Positions 18,633 to 27,983 of a stretch of DNA of 43,171 nt are shown in pieces. The DNA is taken from positions 1-43,171 of the forward strand of contig SLGC01000358.1 in the NCBI GenBank assembly GCA_007123885.1, in the 5' to 3' direction. The position numbers were made by a program, and so were the translations under genes. This DNA is from Bacteroidales bacterium. GTDB taxonomy: Bacteria > Bacteroidota > Bacteroidia > Bacteroidales > PUMT01. Below the pieces are notes generated by a model. The model had not been told where the DNA came from. It saw only the letters and a list, made by a program, of their open reading frames with translations, and made no database searches. Position 1 is the stretch's first letter. Every line of letters begins with the position of its first letter.

Positions 18633-18750
18633 TTTTCCCGCTTTCTGCCCGGAACTGCTGTCCTGAAGCGATTTTCCCGCTTTCTGCCCGGAACTGCTGT
18701 CCTGAATTGATTTTCCCGCTTTCTGCCCGGAACTGCTGTCCTGAAGCGAT
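18631..18750. repeat. 3 x 39-nt perfect or near-perfect tandem repeat
   Basis: GATTTTCCCGCTTTCTGCCCGGAACTGCTGTCCTGAAGC occurs at 18631, 18670 and 18709. The unit also resembles the last ~15 nt of the upstream gene. The repeat lies between convergent genes. Confidence 0.95.
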
Positions 18751-18777
18751 CAGTAGGATGGCAGTCAACTTAATCTA

Positions 18778-20004
18778 TCACCTGAACTCGAGTCCCAGTA
18801 TCGTTATATCGTCAAAAATGGCCTGGTTGCCTTCCAGAATGGAGTGATGCTTTACAATATCATCGATATTATTGCAGATTGGTTCATTGTTGATAAGGAA
18901 TTTTTCAATAGTTCCCGTTCCCGCTTCCACGAGGTCGTCCTGAAGTATCTCCACCAGTCCGTCGGTATAGCACAGAAGCTTTATACCCTTATCAATTGTG
19001 AATTTCTGCGGTATTATTTCGGGAATTGTATCCAGCATTCCTAAACCGATGCAGTGGCTGTCAAGCCGTGAAAGAACGCCGGAACTCCTGTTGTAGAGAA
19101 GCGGCGGATTGTGGCCGGCATTCACATAGAGTAGTTCCCTGGACTTCTTATTGTACTTTCCGACGAATAAGGTCAGAAAACGTTCCCCCATGGTGCTCTG
19201 GTTTACCCTTTCGTTCAACCTGAAAACAAGCTCATCGATCGGTATGTCAATTGTAAAAAGAGCCCTCAGGTTGGCCTGGAAATTGGACATTATCAGTGCT
19301 GCCGAAATACCTTTTCCGGAAACATCACAAATACAGAAACCGTATTCATGATTTCCGAGATCTATGAAATCATAATAATCACCACCTACATCCATATGAG
19401 GGTGATAGAATGCGGAAACCGAGAAACTCTTTCCCGAGGGAAGCTTAGTGGGATCGGGAATAAGCATATTCTGAAGCCCGGAGGCCAGCTCGAGTTCTTT
19501 TTTTATGGCTGCCTGCCTGATGCTCTCCTGGTGCAGCCTCATATTCTCGATAGCTACAACAATAATATTGGATAGTGTCTGTATGAAATTCAAATGTTTA
19601 ATTACCGGGCTTACCCCTTCCCCCTCCTCATCGATATCCCCTATAAGTACCACTGCTATGTGCTTGTCATCCCTTTTAACAGGAATGACAATATCGAAAA
19701 TACCCAGGGGTGGATTCAGATCGCGGATGAAGGTGATATCATCGAAAACCAGAAGATCCTTGCACACGTCAATGGATGCCAGAGTATTATTAAGTCCTGA
19801 GCAGAGCATACATTCCCATGTTTCGGCAAGTCTGTAAAGAACTATCTTCCCTATGCCAAGTTCTTCCCTTAGCAGGGTTTCATATCTGTCTATAAGCTTT
19901 TCCCGGGAAGGATTGTCATTAATGGCTTTGGTAATCTCAAGAAGTGCATTAAGCTTGAACTTGGTCACCAATATGTTGCGACTGGATATGGGGTTTTCAG
20001 GCAT
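18778..20004 (-). CDS. GAF-domain PP2C/SpoIIE-family serine phosphatase
   Basis: The C-terminal half has GGDYYDF and other SpoIIE-type motifs. The N-terminal ~150 aa are GAF-like. Confidence 0.8.
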   Translation of the reverse strand: MPENPISSRNILVTKFKLNALLEITKAINDNPSREKLIDRYETLLREELGIGKIVLYRLAETWECMLCSGLNNTLASIDVCKDLLVFDDITFIRDLNPPLGIFDIVIPVKRDDKHIAVVLIGDIDEEGEGVSPVIKHLNFIQTLSNIIVVAIENMRLHQESIRQAAIKKELELASGLQNMLIPDPTKLPSGKSFSVSAFYHPHMDVGGDYYDFIDLGNHEYGFCICDVSGKGISAALIMSNFQANLRALFTIDIPIDELVFRLNERVNQSTMGERFLTLFVGKYNKKSRELLYVNAGHNPPLLYNRSSGVLSRLDSHCIGLGMLDTIPEIIPQKFTIDKGIKLLCYTDGLVEILQDDLVEAGTGTIEKFLINNEPICNNIDDIVKHHSILEGNQAIFDDITILGLEFR

Positions 20005-20107
20005 ATCTGAGACTGAAATTTTTACAGCTTGGTATGCCTAATGTACGATATTCTATTTGAAAAATCAATAAGTGGAGCAGAAAATTGTAAAAAGATATAC
20101 AGCTGCA

Positions 20108-20677
20108 TTAATCTTTTACTCTCTCGGAGTAGGTTTTTGTCCGCGTATCGACCTTGATCTTGTCTCCCTGGTTGATGAAAAGAGGGACATTTATCGTTGC
20201 GCCGGTTTGGATGGTTGCCGGTTTCAGCGAGCTGGAGGAGGATGTATCTCCCCTGACACCGGGTTCGGTATAGGTTACCTCCATCACCACGAAAGGAGGC
20301 AGATCGCAAGCAAGGGGTGTATCATTGTCGGCATGATAGACTATTTCCACGGGCTGGCCTTCCAGTAACAGTTCCGGGGCATCGATAAGGGATTCTTCGA
20401 GAGTCATCTGCTCGAAGTTATCGCGATGCATGAAATGGTATCCCATATCATCACGGTAGAGAAACTGGTAGGGTCTCCTTTCCACGCGGGCGACATTAAC
20501 CTTGACTCCTGAGGTGAAAGTATTGTCAAGAACCTTACCGGTGGTCAGGCTCTTGAGCTTTGTCCTTACGAATGCCGGACCTTTCCCAGGCTTAACATGC
20601 TGAAATTGCACAATGGCGTAAATATCGTTATTGAATTCAATACATAATCCGTTTTTAAAATCACTTGTAGTGGCCAT
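20108..20677 (-). CDS. efp: Elongation factor P
   Basis: MATTSDFKNGLCIEFNNDIYAIVQFQHVKPGKGPAFVRTKLK matches the canonical EF-P N-terminus, with a Lys at the modified-loop position. Confidence 0.95.
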   Translation of the reverse strand: MATTSDFKNGLCIEFNNDIYAIVQFQHVKPGKGPAFVRTKLKSLTTGKVLDNTFTSGVKVNVARVERRPYQFLYRDDMGYHFMHRDNFEQMTLEESLIDAPELLLEGQPVEIVYHADNDTPLACDLPPFVVMEVTYTEPGVRGDTSSSSSLKPATIQTGATINVPLFINQGDKIKVDTRTKTYSERVKD

Positions 20678-20742
20678 AATAATAAAATATTTATAGATTT
20701 CCGGAAAGAGCCTCTTTTTGGCAGGAGCTCCTGCCAGTTCGG

Positions 20743-20750
20743 CAAAATTA
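20743..20750 (-). promoter_or_regulatory. -7 motif TAATTTTG (minus strand) upstream of efp
   Basis: The + strand reads CAAAATTA, 66 nt upstream of the efp ATG. Confidence 0.4.
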
Positions 20751-20810
20751 CATAAAAATGGGATAGTGTATGCATTCCCTGTCCTAATAATGCCTAATAA
20801 TGGCTGTTAT

Positions 20811-21590
20811 TTAATTCGCCTCTATAAGGTCGTGGCGTAGTCCGTTGGCCTCGATCAAGTCTGCCCTTATAGATCCCAGCACCATGTTAAGGCTTACCCT
20901 GAGGGGTACCCGGTTCCTGTCATTTGAAAGCCAGAGGGTAATATCATCTTCCGAAGAAAATACCCTCCCCGGCTCTGAAACCGGTGAAAACTTGAGCGCA
21001 TGGAACCTCCCCTTGCGGGTACGTATGGTTTCGGTGCCCCTGTACCTTATTACAACAGGGTATACCTTATCGCTGAAGTAGGTTTTTATTTCAAAAACAT
21101 CACCTGGCCTCAGGCGGGAAGTATTTATCTGGTCGCGGAACTTATAGATCGCCGAGACCATATCCATTATGCCGGGTGGCACCTCGTGCACACCCGAGAG
21201 CTGACTGGTAACGGTATTGCTATCCCTGTGATAAAGCACCTCGTTGTAGTAGCGGTAATTACTTTCACTTATATTGCGAATGGCCTTGACCGGCAAACCT
21301 GTCTCAGGATCCATAAAACTTTCATAAACATCATAGATCCTGAACAACCTGTTGGCCAGTCCTGTGGTATATCCGGTGGCAACTGCATGCAGCACCCGCA
21401 TACCTTCGAAATAAGAAGGTTCCAGTGTCATGACAACTTCTCCGGCATTTATTATTCCATAGTACATCTGGAATTTAAGCTTTTCATTGGGACCGTAAAC
21501 GGTATTCCGTTCCGGAGATTGCCCATTGGAGGCGGACCAGAAAACCAGTACCAGTAAGACCGAAAATAATGATGAGATCTTTAATCGCAT
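20811..21590 (-). CDS. Exported DUF3108-like protein
   Basis: Signal peptide, and a KFQMYYGIINAGEVVMTL pattern recalled from DUF3108 proteins. Confidence 0.45.
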   Translation of the reverse strand: MRLKISSLFSVLLVLVFWSASNGQSPERNTVYGPNEKLKFQMYYGIINAGEVVMTLEPSYFEGMRVLHAVATGYTTGLANRLFRIYDVYESFMDPETGLPVKAIRNISESNYRYYNEVLYHRDSNTVTSQLSGVHEVPPGIMDMVSAIYKFRDQINTSRLRPGDVFEIKTYFSDKVYPVVIRYRGTETIRTRKGRFHALKFSPVSEPGRVFSSEDDITLWLSNDRNRVPLRVSLNMVLGSIRADLIEANGLRHDLIEAN

Positions 21591-21690
21591 TAAATGTACC
21601 GTGTTTTATAATTATTAAGATATCATAATTCAAAAATCATGCCTTTTGTCCTGCTCCCCGGAAGGGAGAAAAACAGTAAGGCAAAGGTTT

Positions 21691-22389
21691 TTAGAATATT
21701 TTCTTCCTGGGTGTTGTGGCTACAAAATCCTTCAGATAAAAAGGGGTAAAATATGCTGTGCTCTCGAACTTCCTGTCGATAAGAGCTTTGTGGGACAGGC
21801 TGCCCATCATTCTGGCAGATGGATATATTCCAGGCTTAAATTCGATATTCGGATGATTCAATAAATTCCTGCATTTCAGGGCCCCATTCCCAAAAATAAG
21901 CAACTTGTTATCATGGCAGACATCCCGGAAGGTTTCTTCATTTATTATCTCGGCCTTTATTTCGGATTGCTGTTCACCGGCAGCATTAAAAACAGCTGTG
22001 TATACTTCCATACGGCGGGCATCTATCATAGGGCAAAGCAGTCGGCCGTTTACCCTGTGATCCGGTGAGCTTATTACCATCTGCGTCATTACAGCAAGAG
22101 AGTTTACGGCGATTAGCGGCAAATCTGCGGCATAACAAATTCCTTTGGCTGCCGACACACCTATTCGCAAGCCGGTATATGAACCTGGTCCCCCGCTGAC
22201 TGCCACGGCTGACAAAGAACCGGTATCCAGTCCGGTCTCCTTCATTATGTCACCAATAAAAACAGTCAGCATTGCTGCATGGGAGGGACCCTCCATGCTT
22301 TCCCTGAAGGCCAGGATCCTTTCTCCCGCAGAGATGGCTGCCGAGCAGACATTTGTTGAAGTTTCAATGTTTAAGATATATTCCTGCAT
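21691..22389 (-). CDS. tsaB: tRNA t6A37 biosynthesis protein TsaB
   Basis: ILNIETSTNVCSAAI start, GPGSYTGLRIG motif, ~230 aa. Confidence 0.85.
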   Translation of the reverse strand: MQEYILNIETSTNVCSAAISAGERILAFRESMEGPSHAAMLTVFIGDIMKETGLDTGSLSAVAVSGGPGSYTGLRIGVSAAKGICYAADLPLIAVNSLAVMTQMVISSPDHRVNGRLLCPMIDARRMEVYTAVFNAAGEQQSEIKAEIINEETFRDVCHDNKLLIFGNGALKCRNLLNHPNIEFKPGIYPSARMMGSLSHKALIDRKFESTAYFTPFYLKDFVATTPRKKIF

Positions 22390-22492
22390 AACTGGTAAAA
22401 ATCACTCATCATGAAACAGCATCCTGCGACCGGGTCGCTTCATGTATCTATTTGCATGCATGTTGCAACCGGTATTTATTTCCGGGTAAGCA

Positions 22493-23854
22493 TCAGTTGA
22501 ACAGCCGCTGGCGGTCCAGCACATTAACCCTTGAACCATCCCTCAGCGTCCGTGCAATGGCACTGTAGGGAGCAGAAACCACCCTGTCGCCTTCTTCAAG
22601 TCCGGATATTATCTCGATATAGTTATTATCCTGTATGCCGGTTTCAACTTTCCTGAGCTGCACAGTATTGTCACTGTCAAGGACAAACACCACTTCTGAT
22701 ATATTTCGTCTGCTGCCCCCGGTCATAGTTGTTTGCCGGTTTTCCGGTTCCGTCGGCGAGTCATTGCCGGCAATAGCAAGGATCAATGAATCCGGACGTG
22801 TTGTTACTGCCTGAATAGGAACGGTAAGAACACCGGTTTTGGTATTTGTCTGGATATCGACCGTAGCCGACATTCCGGGCAGAAACGGGAATCGCCCTCC
22901 TGGTGTCTCAGGCATCAGGTGTTGATATGATTCAGGAATTATAAGTATTTTCACGTCGAAATTTGTTATCTGGTCGGTTCCCAGGTTGGTTAAGGTTGCA
23001 GAATTGGCTATTTCTGTCACCACTCCCCTGAATTCCTGGCCCAGATAGGCATCTACTTCGATAAGGGCAGTATCATACAGGCTCACCCTGACAATATCGT
23101 TTTCATTTACCTGCACCATAACTTCCATTCGATTCAGATTGGCAATCCTCATCATCTCGGTTCCGGTCATTTGAGCTGTCCCTACAACTCTTTCACCCTG
23201 TTCGACATTCAGTCTCGATACTGTTCCGCTCATTGGTGAGTAAATGGTGGTTCGACTTAAATTTTCCTCTGCCTCATTCAGTGATGCGACAGCTGATTTA
23301 ATCGAATACTCCGCAGCCTGGACAGATTGCTCGATAGCATCCACCTCGGCCCTGGCAATCCGGTAATTTGATCTGGCTGTTTCATATTCTGCTTCGGAGA
23401 TTGTCCTTTGTTCGAAAAGCCTTTGGTTGCGCCGGTAATTCATTTCTGCCTGTTCAAACTGGGCATTTACCTGTGTAAGCCTTGCCCTTGTATTGGCCAG
23501 CTGGGCCTGGGCCGAACTTACCGAAGCTGTTGCCCTGTCACGCATAGAAATATATGCATCGGGCCTGATCCTGAGCAGGAGCCTGCCCTGTTCAACCTGG
23601 TCGCCTTCGGCAACATACAGCTCAACAATTTCTCCCGATACATCGGGACTGATCCTGACTTCGGTCTGCGGCCTCACCTTCCCGTTGGCGGTTATGGTCT
23701 CCGTAATTGACCGGTTTCCGGCGCTTTCAACAGCAACATCAATCTCCAGATCTTTCCCGAACCAGCCGGCACGCTTACCCGCCACTGCCAGAATGATCAG
23801 AAAGGCTGCACCAGCGATGAGATATTTCATTAATTTCCCAGACTTCATTTGCAA
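22493..23854 (-). CDS. HlyD/MacA-type efflux periplasmic adaptor
   Basis: N-terminal TM anchor, long coiled-coil hairpin, and beta-barrel C-terminal half. It lies immediately downstream of the TolC gene. Confidence 0.8.
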   Translation of the reverse strand: MQMKSGKLMKYLIAGAAFLIILAVAGKRAGWFGKDLEIDVAVESAGNRSITETITANGKVRPQTEVRISPDVSGEIVELYVAEGDQVEQGRLLLRIRPDAYISMRDRATASVSSAQAQLANTRARLTQVNAQFEQAEMNYRRNQRLFEQRTISEAEYETARSNYRIARAEVDAIEQSVQAAEYSIKSAVASLNEAEENLSRTTIYSPMSGTVSRLNVEQGERVVGTAQMTGTEMMRIANLNRMEVMVQVNENDIVRVSLYDTALIEVDAYLGQEFRGVVTEIANSATLTNLGTDQITNFDVKILIIPESYQHLMPETPGGRFPFLPGMSATVDIQTNTKTGVLTVPIQAVTTRPDSLILAIAGNDSPTEPENRQTTMTGGSRRNISEVVFVLDSDNTVQLRKVETGIQDNNYIEIISGLEEGDRVVSAPYSAIARTLRDGSRVNVLDRQRLFN

Positions 23855-23936
23855 TAGGATTAAAATTATTATCAGGCATGCCTGCTTCTCTTTGGATTTG
23901 CATTTTACAGGGTTTGCAAAAACTCTTCATGAAAGC

Positions 23937-25283
23937 TTAAAGCATTATCTCTTCACCCATATAGAACTCAAGTATGCTTGACTTGAATATGTATTCATAT
24001 TTTGCCCTCAGCAGCTCGGAACGGGTTGTTGTAAGCTGGTTAAGGGCCTGGTTGAATTCGATGGTAGTAACCATGCCCACTTCAAAACGCTGTTCCATAT
24101 GCCTGAAGGACTCTTCGATCGATTCCAGTGCTACTTCATTTGCACGGTAATTTTCCTGGGCAGCAACAACATCGGCATAGGCTTGCTGTATCTCCTGGTA
24201 CAGCTGGTTTTTGGTACGCTGCATGCTGTATTCCGCATTCAGCACTCCAATCTGTGCGTTCGCAATAGCAGTGTTAACCTGTCCGCTGTTAAAAATGGGA
24301 ACTGACAGCCCCAATGAGAACGTTGTACTCTGGTTGTTTCGTATCTGGTCGCGGAAAGGTGGGGTTTCAAAAGGCAGGTCATGGTCGGATATCACCTGCT
24401 GGAAACCTGATCCATAGCTTCCGGAAAGGAAGAGGCGGGGACTGCGACGGCCCCGGGCTATTCCCAGCCCCGTCCGGGAGCTTTCAACCTGGAATTCAGC
24501 GCTCCTTATCTCCGGCTGTACTTCCAGAGCAGATTCATAAACCGGCTGAACCTGGTGGCGTGGCGGAACAACCGGCACATCATCAAAGTTGGGTATTTCA
24601 ATTGTAAAGTCTTCGACGGCAGGAAGTTCAAGAAGCTGGGTAAGTACCAGGTATGAGAGAGTAAGCTGATTCTGGGCGTTTACCATCCTCATGTTATCTG
24701 CAGCTTCCTGGGCCCTGATCTCCAGCAGATTTCCCATAGGCAGACTGCCGGCATCAACAAGCCTTTCTGTGCGCTCAACCTGCTGACGGGTAATGCCGAG
24801 TTGGTTTTCCGCAATTTCAAGTAGTTCCTTGCTGAAAAGTATCTGAAGATATGCAGAGGCAATATTAAGTGATATATCGTTTTTCAGTCTGTCAAGATCG
24901 GCAATGCTGGCCATCAGGTTAAGATTGTTTTGCCTGATAGTGTTTGAGATCTGCAAACCGTTGAAAAGTGTGAGCTGGGTGCCGGCATTATAGCTGAATG
25001 ACTGGGTATTGCGGTCAATATAGGTATTTGTCCGGAAATCCAGTGTCCTCCCGTAACTCAGACTTGTCTGGGTATTGGCATTTAAAGAGGGAAGACGGTT
25101 CAATCGTGACTGCTGCAGCAGGTTTTCCTGGACCATTGTATTCAACTCCTGTTGCTTTATTACGATATTGTTGTCAAGTGCAAACCGGATACAGCGTTCC
25201 AGTGACCAGACCTCCTGAGCTGCGGCCTGATGCATTCCGCCGGCAATAAGCAGGAAAACTAGAAAATATCTTTTGAAAAACAT
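23937..25283 (-). CDS. TolC-family outer membrane efflux protein
   Basis: Signal peptide and two internally repeated OEP halves (LSLERCIRFALDNN...). Confidence 0.85.
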   Translation of the reverse strand: MFFKRYFLVFLLIAGGMHQAAAQEVWSLERCIRFALDNNIVIKQQELNTMVQENLLQQSRLNRLPSLNANTQTSLSYGRTLDFRTNTYIDRNTQSFSYNAGTQLTLFNGLQISNTIRQNNLNLMASIADLDRLKNDISLNIASAYLQILFSKELLEIAENQLGITRQQVERTERLVDAGSLPMGNLLEIRAQEAADNMRMVNAQNQLTLSYLVLTQLLELPAVEDFTIEIPNFDDVPVVPPRHQVQPVYESALEVQPEIRSAEFQVESSRTGLGIARGRRSPRLFLSGSYGSGFQQVISDHDLPFETPPFRDQIRNNQSTTFSLGLSVPIFNSGQVNTAIANAQIGVLNAEYSMQRTKNQLYQEIQQAYADVVAAQENYRANEVALESIEESFRHMEQRFEVGMVTTIEFNQALNQLTTTRSELLRAKYEYIFKSSILEFYMGEEIML

Positions 25284-25366
25284 CTGATAGAGTTTGTTGA
25301 TTAAAAGTGTATCAATGTTTACATGAAGTCAGGTCCTTGAAAAAACCCGGGAAAATAAAATAGTAC

Positions 25367-25374
25367 CAAAGATA
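25367..25374 (-). promoter_or_regulatory. -7 motif TATCTTTG (minus strand) upstream of the tolC-like gene
   Basis: The + strand reads CAAAGATA, ~84 nt upstream of the start at 25283. Confidence 0.4.
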
Positions 25375-25520
25375 ACTAATAAACAGAATTTGATATTGTA
25401 TGGTATACTTTTTTTATTAAAAGATAAGAAACCCTCTTCTTTTTTGATTTTATGCCGGGAAACATTTAATGTTGATTCCGGGTAATTGATATGCCCGGAT
25501 ACGTATTGATATTCTTTTTG

Positions 25521-25528
25521 TATTTTTG
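25521..25528 (+). promoter_or_regulatory. -7 motif TATTTTTG upstream of the YgjP-like gene
   Basis: The motif ends 14 nt before the ATG at 25542. Confidence 0.4.
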
Positions 25529-25541
25529 ACCCCCGGTATCG

Positions 25542-26117
25542 ATGAGCCTAAAGATAAAAACATATCCGCTAATAGGAAAGGTTTCCTTTGTAAAAAGCCG
25601 GAGGGCGCGCCGGTTTACACTTACTGTAAAGCCATGGCGCGGAGTCCGGATCACTTTGCCCTGGCATTCCGCATACAGGGATGCAGAAGCCTTCCTATTG
25701 CAGAACACCGACTGGCTCAGGGAAAAATTAAAGGCCTCCGGTTTATATGAGGCCGCAAACAGCCCTGTTGCCGGGGGTCAAACCAAACATATCGAAGATG
25801 AACTCAGAAGGAAGGCCCTTGTATATCTTCCCGGACGTACGGAAGAGCTGGCCCGTGAACATGGATTCAGCTATGGCAGGGTCAGCGTACGTCGCAGCCG
25901 GACCCGGTGGGGAAGCTGTTCTGCAATAAACAATATCAACCTGAGTCTATTTTTAATGCAGCTTCCTTCTCATCTTATCGACTATGTTATTTTACATGAA
26001 CTTGTTCATACCATACATAAAAATCATTCGGCCGACTTCTGGAAGAGGCTTGAAATGCACACGGGTAATGCAAGGGGACTGGCCCGGGAAGTAAAAAAAC
26101 AGAGGATCGCAGTATAA
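25542..26117 (+). CDS. YgjP-like (DUF45) M48-family zinc metallohydrolase
   Basis: HELVHTIHKNHSADFW (HExxH plus downstream H) near the C-terminus. The ~190 aa size fits the family. Confidence 0.75.
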   Translation: MSLKIKTYPLIGKVSFVKSRRARRFTLTVKPWRGVRITLPWHSAYRDAEAFLLQNTDWLREKLKASGLYEAANSPVAGGQTKHIEDELRRKALVYLPGRTEELAREHGFSYGRVSVRRSRTRWGSCSAINNINLSLFLMQLPSHLIDYVILHELVHTIHKNHSADFWKRLEMHTGNARGLAREVKKQRIAV

Positions 26118-26132
26118 ATTAAAAAAAGTGTT

Positions 26133-26840
26133 ATGAACGCCAACCGCCAATATACAATTCCGGTTTTACAGGCCATCTTCAGGGTCATATTCTATTCGGC
26201 AATACTCTTCGGGATCGGCCACCTGATATATCTCGATTCGGTCACCATGACCCATACCGGAAAGTTTGGCGAACACTCCTTCACTGAATGGACCCAGGAA
26301 ATATTCATCCTGATCAGTTCCTTACTATATTTCACCTCCGGAAGGTTTGACAGAAGCATTACAGGTTTTACCGGCATGCTTTCGGGCATGGCCCTTATAG
26401 CCTTTATCAGGGAATTCAACAACTATTTCCATACCTGGTTCAAGGGCGCCTGGCAGCTTCTGGCGCTGATAGCCCTGGTAATAACGGTTATCTATGTATA
26501 CCGCAACAGGCATTCCTTTATAAGGCCCTTCTACGAATACCTTAAACTGCCTGCCTTCGGTGTTACCCTTTCCGGCTTTATTACCCTTGTGGTCTTTTCC
26601 CGGCTATTCGGTCGCGGCAGCATGTGGCGCAATATTCTTGAGGTAAACGAGCTGGAAGGCCCCACCCGCTGGGCTAAAAATGCCGCCGAGGAGGGTACGG
26701 AACTCCTTGGCTATGCACTGCTGTTTATAGGAACACTGGAATATTGCTGGTTTATCTGGAACAAAAGGCAGGAAGAGGAAAAAAAGGACCCGGCCCGTAA
26801 TACCCCTTCAGGGGAGTATTCGGACAGGGAGCTGAAATAA
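26133..26840 (+). CDS. Hypothetical polytopic membrane protein
   Basis: About 5 hydrophobic segments and a charged C-terminal tail. It sits 15 nt downstream of the YgjP-like gene. I recognise no family. Confidence 0.5.
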   Translation: MNANRQYTIPVLQAIFRVIFYSAILFGIGHLIYLDSVTMTHTGKFGEHSFTEWTQEIFILISSLLYFTSGRFDRSITGFTGMLSGMALIAFIREFNNYFHTWFKGAWQLLALIALVITVIYVYRNRHSFIRPFYEYLKLPAFGVTLSGFITLVVFSRLFGRGSMWRNILEVNELEGPTRWAKNAAEEGTELLGYALLFIGTLEYCWFIWNKRQEEEKKDPARNTPSGEYSDRELK

Positions 26841-26860
26841 ATGTCGGACCTGACGGTTCG

Positions 26861-27193
26861 TTGAAGGCAATCGGCACAGAGGATGACTGGATTTCTTTCA
26901 CAGCCGGGGAACCTGTAAAGGGATACTGGAACTATATCATATTTGACAGGTCAAACAGCCTGGACAATGAATTCGAGTATGTTGATATCTCTTACGGTGG
27001 AGGCCACCATCAGCATAAAGCCAATATTTATGTCAGGGATGGCAACTCGGGGGCTTCATTTAAAATGAGTAATTCGAGGCTTGCCCACAGTCAGGGTTAT
27101 GGGCTGCTGTTGCTTAAAAATTATATTAATTTTGTAGACGGAGGGGGTAATGCCTACGCAGGTAACGAACTGGGAGACATCCAGGATGAATGA
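26861..27193 (+). pseudogene. C-terminal remnant of a beta-helix-like secreted protein (no ATG start, TTG only)
   Basis: 110-aa ORF lacking a signal peptide or N-terminal domain. Sequence such as NSRLAHSQGYGLLL and FVDGGGNAY resembles the last turns of parallel beta-helix proteins. Confidence 0.3.
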
Positions 27194-27222
27194 CATCTTC
27201 CCTTCAGGGGACACTGAACAAC

Positions 27223-27260
27223 AAAACCGGATACAGCTAAGGCTGAGCCGGTTTTTTTTT
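27223..27260. terminator. Bidirectional intrinsic terminator
   Basis: AAAACCGGATACAGC-TAAG-GCTGAGCCGG followed by T9. An A/T run sits on both sides. It lies between convergent + strand genes and the minus-strand ileS-lspA operon. Confidence 0.8.
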
Positions 27261-27377
27261 ATTTTTTTTATTCGGGTTGAATATCTCTTAGTTCTCCTGT
27301 AAAAACAAGAGTCAAAATTTCGTAAGAGAAGAATGTCTTGCCCTCTTATTGATTTTCAATTGATGGGAAATTCATGT

Positions 27378-27983
27378 TCATTTGAAAAATTTTCTGTAGA
27401 ATACCAGCGTAATGGCAACCCCTGTTGTGATCGCGGCATCGGCCAGGTTGAACACCGGTCTGAAGAATATAAAGCTCCGGCCCCCCATCCCGGGCACCCA
27501 GTCAGGCCAGGTTCCCTGCAGAACAGGGAAGTAGAGCATGTCAACCACCTTTCCGTGCAGGAAAGATGCATATCCGCCGCTCTCGGGAAATACTTCAGCG
27601 GTGGTAAAATAGCTGTCCGAAAAAATAATGCCGTAAAAGGCACTGTCAATAATATTCCCTATTGCCCCTGCAAGAATAAGCGCAATACTGATAACAAGTC
27701 CCCGGGGAGCTTTCGTGTTTATCAGATGGTTCATATACCAGATAATACCAAAAACGGCTACTATCCTGAACAGGCTGAGTACGATCTTGCCATACTCTCC
27801 CCCGAATTCATAACCAAATGCCATTCCGTAATTCTCGGTAAAATGGATCAATACCCTGTTACCAATAATTGGGATCTCCTGGCCTAGCACCATATTGGTT
27901 TTTACCCATATTTTGGAAACCTGGTCTGCAATAAGCACCAGTAATATGATAATCAGTGATTTACGGGTAATATCAAGTTTCAT
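27378..27983 (-). CDS. lspA: Lipoprotein signal peptidase (signal peptidase II)
   Basis: ENYGMAFGY and FNLADAAI motifs carrying the catalytic Asp residues, 4 TM segments, and conserved ileS-lspA linkage. Confidence 0.9.
   Translation of the reverse strand: MKLDITRKSLIIILLVLIADQVSKIWVKTNMVLGQEIPIIGNRVLIHFTENYGMAFGYEFGGEYGKIVLSLFRIVAVFGIIWYMNHLINTKAPRGLVISIALILAGAIGNIIDSAFYGIIFSDSYFTTAEVFPESGGYASFLHGKVVDMLYFPVLQGTWPDWVPGMGGRSFIFFRPVFNLADAAITTGVAITLVFYRKFFK

Noticed and set aside
18631-18750. CRISPR-like array interpretation of the 39-nt repeats.
   Set aside because: The units are directly adjacent with no spacers, and no cas genes are present.
25440-25520. Short direct and inverted repeats (ATTGATAT x2, AACATT-T-AATGTT) in the tolC/ygjP divergent promoter region.
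   Set aside because: These are 6-8 nt matches in AT-rich DNA, well within chance expectation, with no independent support.
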